NCBI GenBank assembly: GCA_963813025.1
Contig: CAWEXO010000011.1
Location: forward strand, 544,001-608,000
Direction of reading: 5' to 3'
DNA: 64,000 nucleotides
Origin: an uncultured Verrucomicrobiae bacterium
GTDB lineage: Bacteria; Verrucomicrobiota; Verrucomicrobiia; Chthoniobacterales; JAFAMB01
Part shown: piece after piece, positions 10,601 through 22,452 of the stretch
Layout of the letters: each line of letters begins with the position of its first letter
Position numbering within the stretch: the first letter of the stretch is position 1
Notes under the pieces: generated by a model
Told to the model about the DNA's origin: nothing
The model's input: the letters and a program-made list of their open reading frames with translations, nothing else
The model's database searches: none
Made by a program: the position numbers and the translations under genes

Positions 10601-11190
10601 AAAGCCACACTAAGCTGGACGGGCCCGAACCAGCGTCGTATTGCTGGAAACTCGCGACCCGACCTGACACAGAGTACATAATACAGCTTACTGGTCCATT
10701 TCCAGTCGGCGGACCTTCGTTCACGCCGCCCGAGAGCGGATCCAGGTCCAAAGGATCAGCCGGGCTGCCTGCGGAACTCACACGCAGTCTCCGGAATGAA
10801 ATTGCTGGCAGGCGGTTGCGCTGCACCCAGAGAAGGATGGATCTGTTGCCTTTTTGCCATGCCTGTCCAAAAGCAGGCATCCAATTCCCTGCTTGAGAGC
10901 ACGGACCTAGTGACTGACTGCTGTCTGCGCCGGAGAGAGCTGGTCAGCCACGGCCTCTAAACTACCGGGTTGCGACAGCACTCGAAGCCGCGAGCTGCGT
11001 GGAAGCAAGGTTTGCCGGAATGATGAAAATTTTCGCGAAGCTAATCACGCTCTGCACAAGGACTTGGCCCAATAACCGCTGATCAGGTACCCGATGCCAA
11101 TGCTTGTAGCGCAACTCATTTGTTTCCCGTTGGCCTCCGGATGGCGCACCACTTGGGGAGCTGTGGCCAATGCGCGGATCTAGCTCGCCG

Positions 11191-12966
11191 ATGCAAACGC
11201 AACGTAGTTCCTCCGACCAAGGTTTCGCCGCTGAGCAGAAAGAGTACCTGCAGGGTTTCTTTGCTGGGGTCGCCGCGACGCGATCCTTGCCCTTTGTCGC
11301 GCATACTGTGGACGGAAAGATTACCCACCTGCCCGCGGAAGGTTTTGCCAATGCGGCGGTCCCGCCCAAAGAAGAAGCGGTTTTTGGAACGCCGGTATCG
11401 GAACTTTGCGAGCAGGAAATCTGGAAACTGGAGCAGAATGGTTTGGATATCTGGGACCGACTGCTGGAACACGCCCAACAGGACAAATTTCCGGACAAAA
11501 CGGATAACTTTTTTTTCGTTACCACGGCCTATTCCATGTTGCGCCGGCACAAAACTCATTCATGCTCCGGTGCCGCATCGCGGCCGGCGAACTTACTGCC
11601 GCTCAGCTGCGCGGCTTGGCTGGCATCGCGGAAGATTGGGGCGGCGGTTATGCCGATCTGACTACCCGAGCCAATCTCCAGATCAGAGAAATTCAGCCGC
11701 GGAACATCATAACGGTTTTACTCCGTTTACAGGAGCTGGGACTTACCTCGCGGGGAGCTGGTGTTGATAATGTTCGCAATATCACCGCAAGTCCGACCGC
11801 GGGGATTGATCCGGCGGAGTTGATCGATTGCCGGCCGATGGCCAAAGGCCTGCATTACTATATTTTGAATAACCGCGATCTCTACGGTTTGCCGCGCAAA
11901 TTCAATGTCGCGTTCGACGGAGGCGGCGCGATCAGCGGTGCGGCCGACACGAATGATATTGGGTTTCGTCGCGGTGCGCGTCAAAGAAGGCCATTCCGTT
12001 CCCGCGGGAGTGTATTTCAGAGTCGAGCTGGCCGGTATCACCGGGCATCAACAGTTTGCTCGGGATGCCGGAATTGTTGTTCGCCCAAGCGAATGTGTCG
12101 CGGTCGGCGCGGCGATCATCAGAGTCTTTAACGAGCATGGCAACCGGACCAATCGCAAGAAAGCACGACTCAAATACCTGATCGATGATTGGGGGATCGA
12201 AAAATTCATGCATCATGTTGAGGAAAAGCTGGCTTTTCCGCTGACCTCTCTTCCGAAAAGCGAATGCATGTCGCGGCATCCGGTTGTTCTTCACGGCCAC
12301 ATCGGAGTCTACAAGCAGGCACAACCGGGAAAAAACTACATTGGCGTTGCGATCCCGGTTGGAAGAATGAAATGCCGCCAGATGTGCCGGCTAGCCGATC
12401 TGGCGGAAAATTACGGTTCGGGAGATCTTCGCCTGACGGTCTGGCAAAACCTTGTTTTGCCTGGTATTTCGGACGCGTTTCTTGAGACAGTTAAGCGCAA
12501 CCTTGTCCGTCTCGGTTTTCACTATCAGGCGGGCAGTCTGGCTGGCGGGCTGATCGCGTGTACCGGCAACACCGGTTGCAAATGGTCCTCGACCAACACT
12601 AAGGGACATGCGGTCGAGCTGGTGCGAACACTCGAGAGGAAACTCGCTCTGGATTTGCCGATCAACATCCATCTGACCGGATGTCCAAATTCCTGCGCCC
12701 AGCATTACATGGGGGATATCGGTCTGCTCGGCGTCAAGCTTGGTCCGAATGCCGTCGAAGGCTACCACGTTTTCGTCGGAGGCGGCTTCGGCGAAACCCA
12801 AGGCATCGGGCGGGAGATCTTTCACGGCATTCCTTTTGCCGACTTGCCTCCCTTGCTGGAAGGGGCGCTGCGCGTCTATCTCGCGCGACGGCGCCGTGGT
12901 GAAGCGTTCGTTGATTTCACTCGCCGGCACGAGCTGAAAGAACTGCAGGAAATGTTCTCCGAATGA
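11191..12966 (+). CDS. nirA: Ferredoxin-nitrite/sulfite reductase, NirA family (split by 2 frameshifts)
   Basis: Three consecutive segments (11170-11661, 11562-12131, 11905-12966) with [28 protein letters not shown] and TGCPNSC siroheme/4Fe-4S motifs. One shift lies in the T run at ~11509-11517. Confidence 0.85.
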
Positions 12967-14854
12967 ACACAGAAACGACAATCAGCAGCAAAGCGGCGAC
13001 TGTGCCGGTCATTCCGGAGAATGCTCCTTTCACTCCCGCACAGCGCGCTTGGTTGAACGGCTTTCTGGCCGGCATGTTTTCCGCGCGGATCGCCGCTCCT
13101 CCAGCAAAGAGACCGGCCCTCATCATCCATTTCGCCACAGAAACCGGCAACTCTGAAGGTCTGGCGAAGCGTCTCAGCAAAACGGCGAAGGCAATGAACT
13201 TCGAAGTAGCGGTCATGGGATTGGATCGGGTTTCTCCGGAAGATCTGGCTCAATCGGCAAGCGCACTGTTCATTGTGAGCACATTTGGAGACGGCGATCC
13301 GCCAGAGAACGCGCGAGCGTTTGCCGACGCGCTCGCGCAAGCGGACGCGCCGTCTCTGCAGAGTCTGCGGTATGCCGTCTGTGCGCTCGGGGACACGAAT
13401 TACCCCAGGTTCTGCCAATTCGGCAAACAGCTGGATGGTAGACTGGCTGAACTCGGCGCGGAACGTTTGTACGAAAGGGCGGATTGCGATGTCAATTACG
13501 AGGCGACTTTTGAGCGCTGGCAGGACGGCGTCCTTGGCGTACTCGTGGCGAATTCCGATTCGCCTGGAGCGAGTCAAGCCGAGAGAAGCAATCCGCTTTC
13601 GAGTGCTCCATTGCCACGCGACGTTTCTTCGAAGTCAGGCGGGAACGGGACCGGTCACGCCGTCCTCGTCCGCGCTGAGGAAGAAAACCAAAAAAAGAAT
13701 GGCGCGGAGCCAGGACCAACCCTGGCGGATCGAACTGCGGAACCGGCCTATTCCCGGAACGCGCCTTTCCTGGCACGTCTATTGGAAAACCGTCTCCTGA
13801 CGGCAAGCGGTTCGGGCAAGGAGACGCGGCATTTTGTATTGGATCTCACCGGCTCGGGGGCTGGTGTATGAACCAGGGGACGCGCTCGGAGTACTACCGA
13901 CCACTTGTCCCGAAGCGGTTGAAGAGATTTTGCGCGCCTTGAACTGTGACGGGGAAGAAGCGGTCCCGGCCGGCGAGGACCGCGAACTGCCTCTGCGCAA
14001 AGCGCTCGGCGACTACTACGATATTACCCGTATTTCCAGTGAACTGCTGGGCGTCATTGCCGAAAGGGCGGGTGATCCGGCGCTGAAAGAGATGCTGAGT
14101 GATCCGGCGGCTCGGCAGGCTTATCTCCTCGGGCGCGAGCCGATCGATCTGCTGGAGCAGTTTCCCGCGGCCCAGTTCGACGCATTAGAATTCGTGCAGT
14201 GTCTCAGAAAACTGCAACCGCGCCTGTACTCCATCGCTTCCAGCCTGAAGGCGCACCCGGAGCAAGTGCATCTGACAGTAAGCATCGTGCGGTATCACAG
14301 CCATAATCGTGCCCGCCGAGGGAGTATGCTCAGTTTTTCTGGCTGACCGGGTCCGGGGCGCAGTCCCGGTATTTGTGCAAATCTCGCGCAGCTTTCGTCT
14401 CCCCGTGAATCACGAGGTGCCAATCATCATGGTTGGGCCTAGTACCGGAGTTGCGCCTTTCCGTGCTTTTCTACAGGAGAGGAGCCACAACCCGGGGAAA
14501 AACTGGTTATTCTTCGGCGAACAGCACGCCGCGACGGATTTTTTCTACCGCGAAGAACTCGAGGCGATGGTAACCGACGGACATCTAACCAAACTCACCA
14601 CCGCCTTCTCGCGTGATCAAGCGGACAAAATCTATGTGCAGCACCGCATGATCGAGCATGCCAGGGAATTGTGGGATTGGTTGGAAAACGGGGCGCACTT
14701 CTACGTCTGCGGAGATGCCGCTCGCATGGCCAAAGACGTCGACGCGGCACTGCACAAGGTGATCGAGACTGCCAGCAACCTGAAACCGGCGGCTGCCGCG
14801 GACTATGTGCGGATGTTGAAAACCGAAAATCGTTATCAAAGGGACGTCTACTAA
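12963..14854 (+). CDS. NADPH-dependent diflavin reductase, sulfite reductase flavoprotein (CysJ)-like (2 frameshifts)
   Basis: Flavodoxin motifs TETGNSE, STFGDGDPP and ALGDTNY; RLYSIAS; MVGPSTGVAPFR; YVCGDA; RYQRDVY C-terminus. Confidence 0.88.
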
Positions 14855-14885
14855 GTTTTTCGGGAGACAGAACTCATGCCGGACT

Positions 14886-15707
14886 TTACGGACCGCCAAC
14901 TCGCGCGCTCACCACTGGAACCATCCATACAGCATAACCGTAAGAATCGCGGATATTGGCAATCATCTGATCGAAGTACTCCGCCGCTGACTCTTCTGTA
15001 ATCGGCGTAAGTTGGCCGATCGACTCAGCATACCCATCGCGCCAGGCCTCGATGATGGCAGCGAATGTTTCCCGCGGTACTCTCAGCGTGTCGACGATGA
15101 CGTATTCTACTTTGATCTCCTCAAGTTCCATAGCAGCAAGCATCCCAAAGATGTTGCGACCGATGAAGAGGTCACTCTGAGTCGCTGATCCGAAAGCCGC
15201 CGGCACGACATGCCAGAAATCGCGCGGATCGGGTGTTCCACGCTGGAAGTGGAGCATCCCGTAGTCTTCCGGAATCAAATGCAGATAGCCGCCACGACGG
15301 GTCACCCGCACAAGTTCGGCCATTGCTCGCTCGGGATGGGGTATGGAATGAATGACGTGCCGACATACGGCCAAGTCGAAACTTTGGTCAGCGGCTCTAA
15401 GTTCAAATATACTCTGATGCTCGAACGCCAACCGCGGCCCCAAGTCACTGTAACGCGACCTAGCCAGCTGAAGGTGAGCATCGATGATATTGACTCCGAG
15501 CACAGAGGATTTCGTAAAGAGTGTGGCCAGCCGCGAGGCTCCTTCCCCGGTGCCGCAGCCGGCGTCAAGTATTCGGGGCTCAGAAGGAAGGGTGTAGCGC
15601 CAAAACAACGCTGACTCCTGCGGCCAAATTGCCCGCGCTTGTGCCTCGAGATTTCGCACCATCGATTCATCGGCCATTTGCTTTGCCTGCGGATTGGGAT
15701 CGGTCAT
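14886..15707 (-). CDS. Class I SAM-dependent methyltransferase
   Basis: ILDAGCGTG motif I, SFDLAVC, RVTRRGG. Confidence 0.85.
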   Translation of the reverse strand: MTDPNPQAKQMADESMVRNLEAQARAIWPQESALFWRYTLPSEPRILDAGCGTGEGASRLATLFTKSSVLGVNIIDAHLQLARSRYSDLGPRLAFEHQSIFELRAADQSFDLAVCRHVIHSIPHPERAMAELVRVTRRGGYLHLIPEDYGMLHFQRGTPDPRDFWHVVPAAFGSATQSDLFIGRNIFGMLAAMELEEIKVEYVIVDTLRVPRETFAAIIEAWRDGYAESIGQLTPITEESAAEYFDQMIANIRDSYGYAVWMVPVVSARVGGP

Positions 15708-15898
15708 TTCCGTACCTGGATTTTATTTTGGGAATGGTTTCCTTTTCGGTCGACCCACGTAGCACCGTTATTTCCATTGTTCTTCGGTTTTCGCGAACGC
15801 TATGGCGGAAAAGTCCGGAAGGGAAAACGAGAATGCGATCGGATCGAAGGGAATTGCACGCATCCCGGCCGTGTTGGCCAGGTATTTGTGATCACGAA

Positions 15899-16447
15899 CT
15901 AGCCAACGATAATCTCGTCCAGCCAGGAATCGTGCGGTTCCACTGGGAGGGAGTCCAGGAGCTGAAATTCAAAGCCGACGCCAACCTTGCGGGTTCGGCC
16001 AGCCAACTTCGAGAGCAAACGATCATAGAATCCATCGCCCCGCCCGAGACGAGACCGGTCTTTCCCAAAGGCAAGCCCAGGTACCAGGATCACGTCGGGC
16101 TGTTCACCCGTCGGCGAGGTAAGCGGCTCGCGAATGCCAAACCGGCCGAGACGCAGCTGGTCGAGAGAAGAAATCGGGCAGAAATACAACTCTTGCTCCT
16201 CCAACCGCGGATACAGGATTAACCGATGAGCGAACAAACCTTCCGACCAGAGAGGATCGAGATTGGGTTCTTGCCAAGTGCCGGCATACAGCGCGATGAC
16301 CTGAGGTTTTTGCAGCTGGCAAGCCAACTGGTGGCGGACCTCCGCCGAGCATCTCTCTCGTTGCGTTGGTGAGGTTGCCCGCAACAATTGCTTCATCTGA
16401 AAACGCAGTTGTTGCTTCTGGCGCTTGATTCCACTGTCATCTGTCAT
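15899..16447 (-). CDS. ygfA: 5-formyltetrahydrofolate cyclo-ligase
   Basis: KQQLR N-terminus, GRFGIREP, and DVILVPGLAF...RLGRGDGFYDR. Confidence 0.88.
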   Translation of the reverse strand: MTDDSGIKRQKQQLRFQMKQLLRATSPTQRERCSAEVRHQLACQLQKPQVIALYAGTWQEPNLDPLWSEGLFAHRLILYPRLEEQELYFCPISSLDQLRLGRFGIREPLTSPTGEQPDVILVPGLAFGKDRSRLGRGDGFYDRLLSKLAGRTRKVGVGFEFQLLDSLPVEPHDSWLDEIIVG

Positions 16448-17379
16448 TGAAGTTCCAAGAAATCCCAGTCGTGTCGAGTAGTCCTAAACATCGCGGGCAC
16501 CGCGTCGGTCTTCGACCGGGTAAAGGTTGGTTACGCCGTAACTTTATCACGGAAGTGTATCTGCCGTCTCTTTTCACCCGCCGACAAGGACGCCGCTATC
16601 CTGGCGAACCGGTCTACCCGGTCCTTGGCGATGGTCGCGTAGGCGTGACCTGGATCGGACACGCCTCGTTCTTAATAACCTGGCGCGGGCTAAATATTCT
16701 CGTCGACCCGATCTGGTCACTCTGGCTGAAGGTCGTAAAGCGGATCAAGCATCCTGGCATTCGCCTGGACCATCTGCCGAAGATTGACCTGGTTCTGATC
16801 ACTCACGCGCATTTCGATCATCTAGACAGGCGCACTCTGCGGAGAATTGCGGCAGCGCAACCGATCATTGTGCCATCCGGAGTGGCTTCTCTGGTCCGTG
16901 GGTTGGGCTTTAATCGTGTCCACGAAATGAACGCCTGGGAAAACCTAAAAATCGGAGATGTCACCGTAACCTTGACCCCTTGCTATCATTGGGGCGCGCG
17001 CGTCTTGCACGATCGCTACCGCGGCTTTGGCGGCTACCACCTCAGGCTCGGGGATCGCACAATTTTCCATTGCGGCGATACCGCCTATTTCGAGGGGTTC
17101 AACGAGATCGCCGAACATTTATCGACCGAGATTGCCCTCTTGCCCATTGGTGCGTATGAGGGGCCCACCCGGCGGGAAGTCCATATGAATCCGGAGCAGG
17201 CAGTCCGAGCATTTCTAGACCTGAAAGCTCAGCGGCTCATCCCGATGCACTACGGTTCTTTTCGATTGGGCTATGAGCCGCTGGATGAACCGCTGGCCCG
17301 GCTGCAGGCCGCGGTTCAGCGACATGGGATCGAGTCGCGGGTGAGTATCTTGTCCGAAGGACATCCCGCGGTGTTTTAA
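16447..17379 (+). CDS. MBL-fold metallo-hydrolase (NAPE-PLD/RomA-like); start uncertain
   Basis: TWIGHASF, THAHFDHLD, GDTAY, LPIGAY, HMNPEQA and PMHYG motifs. Confidence 0.85.
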   Translation: MKFQEIPVVSSSPKHRGHRVGLRPGKGWLRRNFITEVYLPSLFTRRQGRRYPGEPVYPVLGDGRVGVTWIGHASFLITWRGLNILVDPIWSLWLKVVKRIKHPGIRLDHLPKIDLVLITHAHFDHLDRRTLRRIAAAQPIIVPSGVASLVRGLGFNRVHEMNAWENLKIGDVTVTLTPCYHWGARVLHDRYRGFGGYHLRLGDRTIFHCGDTAYFEGFNEIAEHLSTEIALLPIGAYEGPTRREVHMNPEQAVRAFLDLKAQRLIPMHYGSFRLGYEPLDEPLARLQAAVQRHGIESRVSILSEGHPAVF

Positions 17380-17471
17380 TTTGGGCGGCGCTCCCATGGG
17401 GCAGTTGGGTCATATAGAACGTATGGGTCCTCTGGGTTGTAGCGGGCACCAGCCCACGACATGGCTGTCAT

Positions 17472-18665
17472 CTATTTTTTCTGGCGCGACTGCAGGCTGA
17501 GCCGAATCTCCTCCTGGAGTTTGCTCACCTCTTCTGGTTTGCGATTGCAAAGAACGGCCGCCACCAGGGTGTCTCCGCGACGGTACCGCACGATGAAGTT
17601 GGCTTTTTCCCTGGAACCGTCCAGATCTCCGAAGGGATGTGGGGTATTGAAGTCGCCCACAAATTCGAAGTGCATACCGAGCACCAGGCTCGAGCACCAG
17701 GGAACCACTTCGAATTTCTGGCGTTTGCGTCCAGTCATGTTTGCGCCGGCGGTCAGGCCCTGGAGTTTGGCCATTTCGTAATTAGTAATCCGTCGGGCGC
17801 CACCGAACAGCCGGTCGGGGTAGAACGCGATATCGCCCACCGCGTAAATTCCTTTCTCGTCGCTCTCCAGATATTCATTCACCGGGCAACCATTAACGCT
17901 GCTCAGCGGGGTATTGTTTACCAGTTGAAGATTAGGTTCGGTGCCGATGGCGACAATCGCTAACCCGGCCGGAAAGCGCAGGCCGCTCTTGGTCTGAACG
18001 TTGCGAACGGCAGTCTTGCCTTCAAAACCGTTCAGGTTCTCGTTTAAGAGCAGTTGAATACCAGCGCGACTGAACCGGTTTGTGAGCCACTCGGCGGTGA
18101 TCGGGTCAAGCATCTCCTGCCAAACAAACTTATCCCGGCTCAGTAACGTGAGCTTGTTTCCGGATTTCAAGAGTGAGGAAGTGATTTCCGCGCCGAGAAA
18201 TCCGGTGCCAACAATTACGACATGTTTCTCTGAACGGAGAATTTCTTTGATCGCCAGGGCGTCGCGAAAGGTTCGCAGATAAACAACGTTCCCGAGAGTC
18301 GCTCCCGCTACGGCCGGACGCCGGGGCCGACTGCCGGTGGCGAGGCAAGCTTTTCGGAACTCGATTGTCTGGCCGTTCTCGAGAACGGTGAGACGCCGTT
18401 CCAAATTGAGCTCGCGAACCAGTGTTCCGAGGCGCAGTTCCACTCGATGTTTTTCGTACCATTCCTCGGGTTTATCGGCCAGCTTGCTGATAGCGGGTGC
18501 ACCGTCCTTTAGCACCGCTTTGGAGAGAGGTGGCCGCTGATAGGGCAAGTAAGGCTCGTTGCTGACGAGGGTAACAGTTCCTTTCGGGTCAAATTGGCGC
18601 AATGCTTCACAAGTACTGGCGCCGGCGATGCCTCCGCCGATGATCAAGTAATCACGCAAGATCAT
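17472..18665 (-). CDS. FAD-dependent pyridine nucleotide oxidoreductase (ferredoxin-NAD reductase-like)
   Basis: GGGIAG, PYQRPPLSK, LATGS, GTGFLGAE and YAVGDIA motifs. Confidence 0.88.
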   Translation of the reverse strand: MILRDYLIIGGGIAGASTCEALRQFDPKGTVTLVSNEPYLPYQRPPLSKAVLKDGAPAISKLADKPEEWYEKHRVELRLGTLVRELNLERRLTVLENGQTIEFRKACLATGSRPRRPAVAGATLGNVVYLRTFRDALAIKEILRSEKHVVIVGTGFLGAEITSSLLKSGNKLTLLSRDKFVWQEMLDPITAEWLTNRFSRAGIQLLLNENLNGFEGKTAVRNVQTKSGLRFPAGLAIVAIGTEPNLQLVNNTPLSSVNGCPVNEYLESDEKGIYAVGDIAFYPDRLFGGARRITNYEMAKLQGLTAGANMTGRKRQKFEVVPWCSSLVLGMHFEFVGDFNTPHPFGDLDGSREKANFIVRYRRGDTLVAAVLCNRKPEEVSKLQEEIRLSLQSRQKK

Positions 18666-18846
18666 GGAATAGAGACAACTATACTGAGGGTGCTTTGGAT
18701 TCTCGACGAAAATTTGTTACGGAGCGTTGGTAAGCTGCTGATCGATAAACACTAAACGCTGGCGAGCCGCGTCGCAGACCGAGAAGACTCGAGGGGGTGA
18801 GCATGGCGCTGGGCGCTGGTTCCCGTGGTCGAGCGGCCCGACTAAG

Positions 18847-19828
18847 TTAAAACGTCCAGGCGCGTGTTCGTGGAATCCAAGTCGCTTCGTGCTGTTGGAG
18901 TTCTCTCTGCGAGTTGTATTCAACCGCGGTCTGGTACGCTGGTTCCGCGACGATTAGCAAACTGTCAACAGACACCTCCCGGCGGATCTCGTGGCGTTTG
19001 ATTTGATCTAGTCTGCGGTTTTGGTGTTCCTGCCGGGCTGCCTTGATTCGTGCTCGAGTCTTGCGCGAGTTTCGTCGCGTTGGGTTCGACCCAGGCGTAT
19101 AGTCAATTCCGTGACGTAGTCGTTGAAAAAGCGATCGATTCGGCGCAGCTCGCGTTCGAGATATTCGGATTGGCGTTTCTGGATAGCCTGCAAAAGTGGC
19201 GCAGCTTCTCTTTTTAAATTCAGAAGCGTGCTCACGTAATCCTCGGGACGCAAAACGGGCCACTCGAAGGCGGCGGTATAATTCCACGGAGAAAGACCTT
19301 CCAGCTGATCTGGAAGGGCGGAGTCAGATTTTCCGTTCACCAAATCGATCGCCAATCGATGTTGCGTCCAGTGCTGGTCGACGGCCTGAATTTCGCAGCG
19401 GAGCGCGAAAAGGAGCGAAAAGTGCGGTTTCAAAAGAAATGGCCTAAGCATGTGCCATCGTTCCGCCCGCGCATTTTGCAGGTACCAACGCCTTTCGGCG
19501 ACGGCGAAATCCGGAATCTTTTAATCAAGAGGAGCTAGTGCCGCATGGGAAAGTACTCGGACCGGTTAGCAGGGTGTCGCAGATGGCAAAGGTCAGCGGG
19601 GAGCCAGGAAACACTTCGCTTGCCGGATCGACCATACCGGTCTCTTGATCCCGATCCGAAACGAAGGCTGACTTCTGGCGTTTGCCAGAACGCGGCCCCT
19701 TTTCCATCCGGCAGAACAAACATCCGATCGTGCCAAGTCCGTTCACACAGGCATCCGAGGAAGCTGAGACTGTCGTCATAAAAGTCGATCAATTTCGCGG
19801 GATCGTAGGGAAAACGCGAAACTCTCAT
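18847..19828 (-). pseudogene. Fragmented YqhG-like coiled-coil protein, partner of the adjacent SNF2 helicase
   Basis: Collinear ORF pieces (19535-19828, 19525-19779, 19008-19451, 18847-19287), including ERELRRIDRFFNDY and a charged helical C-terminus. It starts 6 bp after the helicase. Confidence 0.5.
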
Positions 19829-19833
19829 AGGGC

Positions 19834-21540
19834 TTACAACATTTCGAAGTCGCGGGCGAACAATGATCGATCGGTCTCCTGAATTTCGTTGTGGCGCGTC
19901 CTTGCGGCGACCAACTCCTCGCCAAGCTCGGTCAAGTTTAGGGAGAGACCGTCATCCCCCTGCTGCCAGCCTTCGAGGATAGCCTCCGAAAATTCCTCTG
20001 CGGAGTAGCGCTCACCGAGGATCAGGCCAGTCTCGCCAATCGTAAGCTCGAAAAGATTAAGTTTCTCCACTAGCAAGGTGAGAAGATGCTCTTGAAGGCT
20101 CTTTGCTCGGATAAAATTGAAAATGTCGACCCGCTGCTTTTGCCCCATTCGGTGAAGCCTTCCGATGCGTTGTTCGATTTCCATGGGGTTCCATGGGAGA
20201 TCAAAATTGACGATCTGGTGGCAGAACTGCAGGTTCGTTCCCTCACTTCCTGCGCGGGTCGACACCAGGGCGCCACCTTTTAGCCGAAAAGCTTCCACAA
20301 TTTCGTTTCGCTTACGGCTGGGAACAGATCCGTTGATCGCGAACACTGGGACGCTCTCTTCAGCCAAGGCTTTGGCCAGAGCGAGTTGTGTGAGCCGGAA
20401 TTGCGTGAACACGACCACCCCGCCTGAGCTGGACGCGAGCGCTCGGAGAGGTCGAAACTTGGTTTTCCATGATCGTTCTGGACTTGAGTCGCACAGCCAG
20501 TCAGCGCCATCAAAGAGATCGCGGGTTCTAGTTGCCGCCTCTCTCCAAGCAGCAGGACTGCTGCCGGCAGCTTGCAATAATATCCGTCCACGCATCGCCG
20601 CTTCCGCTTTCGGGATTCGGGTCAGGCGGGAGCGCAATTCGTTCTCCCAATTTTCCCAAAATCGGGTTTCTTCTTCATCGGCTTCAAACAGAATTGTCTC
20701 TGCGCGCCGAGGAGGCATGTCGATGTCCGCGTTAGCGCGAGTGTTGCGGATCATGACCTCACGAAGTAGGTCCCGCAATCTTTCCGGATCTTACACTTTC
20801 CGCGGATTCTCTTTGTTGATAAACCGCTTCCGGAACTCGGCCGGCGCGGGCAACTGACCCGGTCTCAACAGCGTGCCCAGATTGTAGAGGTCTTCTAATC
20901 CATTATGAATCGGGGTCGCGGTGAGCAACAGCATGAATTGTCGCTGGATTTGATTGATGGCCTGCCACGACGCGGAGCTTCGGTTCCGCAAATAATGGGC
21001 TTCGTCCACGATCAGCATGTCCCATTTGATCTGGCTCGCGATCTTCAGACGTTGAGGCGACTTGAGAGTGTGCAGCGAGCTAACAATGCCAGCGTTGTTC
21101 CAAAACGTGGTGTCTCCAGGTTTCAACTCATTGGTCGAAGCTGCGTCGATGCCGAACCGATGCTTGAGTTCTTCGAGCCACTGATCTACGAGCGAGGGCA
21201 TCGTAATGACCAGGAAACGTTTCACCATGCCGCGGATCACGAGTTCTTTGAGCACTAGCGCAGCTTCAATGGTTTTCCCGAGCCCGACTTCATCACAAAG
21301 CAGGGCGCGACCACGCAAAGGGCCGATTACCCGCAACGCCGCACGCAACTGGTACTGATGCCTTTCGATCTCGCAATTAGGCAGGCAAAGAAGTTCATCC
21401 GTCTGGTTCGCCATCCACCATGACGCGGCGCGTTCCTGCCTTAGAAAATCTTCAAGTCCATTGTTCGAAGGGGGCGCTTGCCCTGAATATTCTCCGGCAA
21501 CCGCAACGCGGAGACAATCTCGATCTGCGGAGTTGTCCAT
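19834..21540 (-). pseudogene. SNF2-family helicase (YqhH-like) interrupted by an in-frame TAA at 20791-20793
   Basis: LCDEVGLGKT, IVDEAH, LTATP, VVVFTQF, GSEGTNLQ and DLPWNPMEIEQRIGRLHRMGQ motifs. Both halves are in the same frame (KV*DPERLRDLL). Confidence 0.8.
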
Positions 21541-21916
21541 TTCTGCCGAGGAACCAGTTCGGCAATCGCCGAAGTTTGTTGCGCTCCTTTTCGGTTTTCT
21601 GCGTCACGAAGCCGCAATCGCTCCTGCCGCTTCTTTTCGCGGAGCAGGTCGGCAAGCGCATTTTGTCGGACACGTTCTGCCTCCGCCCTCTGGCGGTGGA
21701 GACGTTCCAATGCCCGAGCTGCTCGATCCTGCCGTTCGCGTTCCAAAAATGCTTCTTCTGCCGGACTGAGCTGGGCACGCTCTTCGGCGAAAAAGGGGCG
21801 CGTTTGACGTTTCGCACTAAAGAGATCGCTGAAAACGAAGCAGACTTACGAATCGTCGAGACTTAAGCGCCAGAGCGGCTTCCAAGGTCGAGCACCTGTC
21901 GAGCAGCAATTGCTAA

Positions 21917-22180
21917 GTGAGCACTGTAGATGTTGTTCTTTTGATGGGAAAGTTATCGAAGGAGAACTACGAAGACTGGCGTCCCGGCCGCGTTCCTTAC
22001 CTGGAACGTGCCATTTCAGGCAACCTCCGGCAGACGAAATCCTTGTTCGAACAGTCCGCAAGATGTGCCTGGCAAAGCGCTTTCGCGAAATCTAGACTGC
22101 CTATCAGACGCTCAACGCTGTTGCGTTTTCTCCAAGACCGGCCATCCGCTGTCGGAGAAACTCTAGGCGCTCCCCTACGT
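21917..22180 (+). pseudogene. Degraded conserved hypothetical gene (WR.GRVPYLER...LRFSKTG type)
   Basis: YEDWRPGRVPYLERAISGNL, then after a frameshift LRFSKTGHPLSEKL followed by TAG. The family is recognised from recall only. Confidence 0.4.
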
Positions 22181-22299
22181 CGTTCCGAGGCCAAGCTCTG
22201 TTGCGGGTCGGCACCGCGCAAATTGAACGACACGTCTTTGTCCGCTCGTCCTTCGGTCGCGGAGGTCTGAGATGATCTCTTCAAGTGTTTTAAGTGGCC

Positions 22300-22376
22300 T
22301 GGAGGGACGATTGGGGACAGGTCCACCCGCCTTGGGGACATGGAGGGACGATTGGGGACAGGTCCATCCCGCCTTA
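22300..22376 (+). repeat. 41-bp tandem duplication carrying GGGGACAGGTCC motifs (distal copy of the RAYT1 repeat)
   Basis: tggagggacgattggggacaggtccacccgccttggggaca | tggagggacgattggggacaggtccatcccgcctt. Confidence 0.85.
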
Positions 22377-22452
22377 GGAAACGGTTCCATCGGCGGTGGA
22401 ATAATAGGTCGACAAATTCACTGCCGATTTACTGCCGGTACGATGCCTAAGA

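Noticed and set aside
11130..11146. Sigma-54 promoter for nirA (TTGGCCTCCGGATGGC)
   Set aside because: GG-N10-GC spacing is present but the match to TGGCAC-N5-TTGC is weak, so it is not supportable alone.
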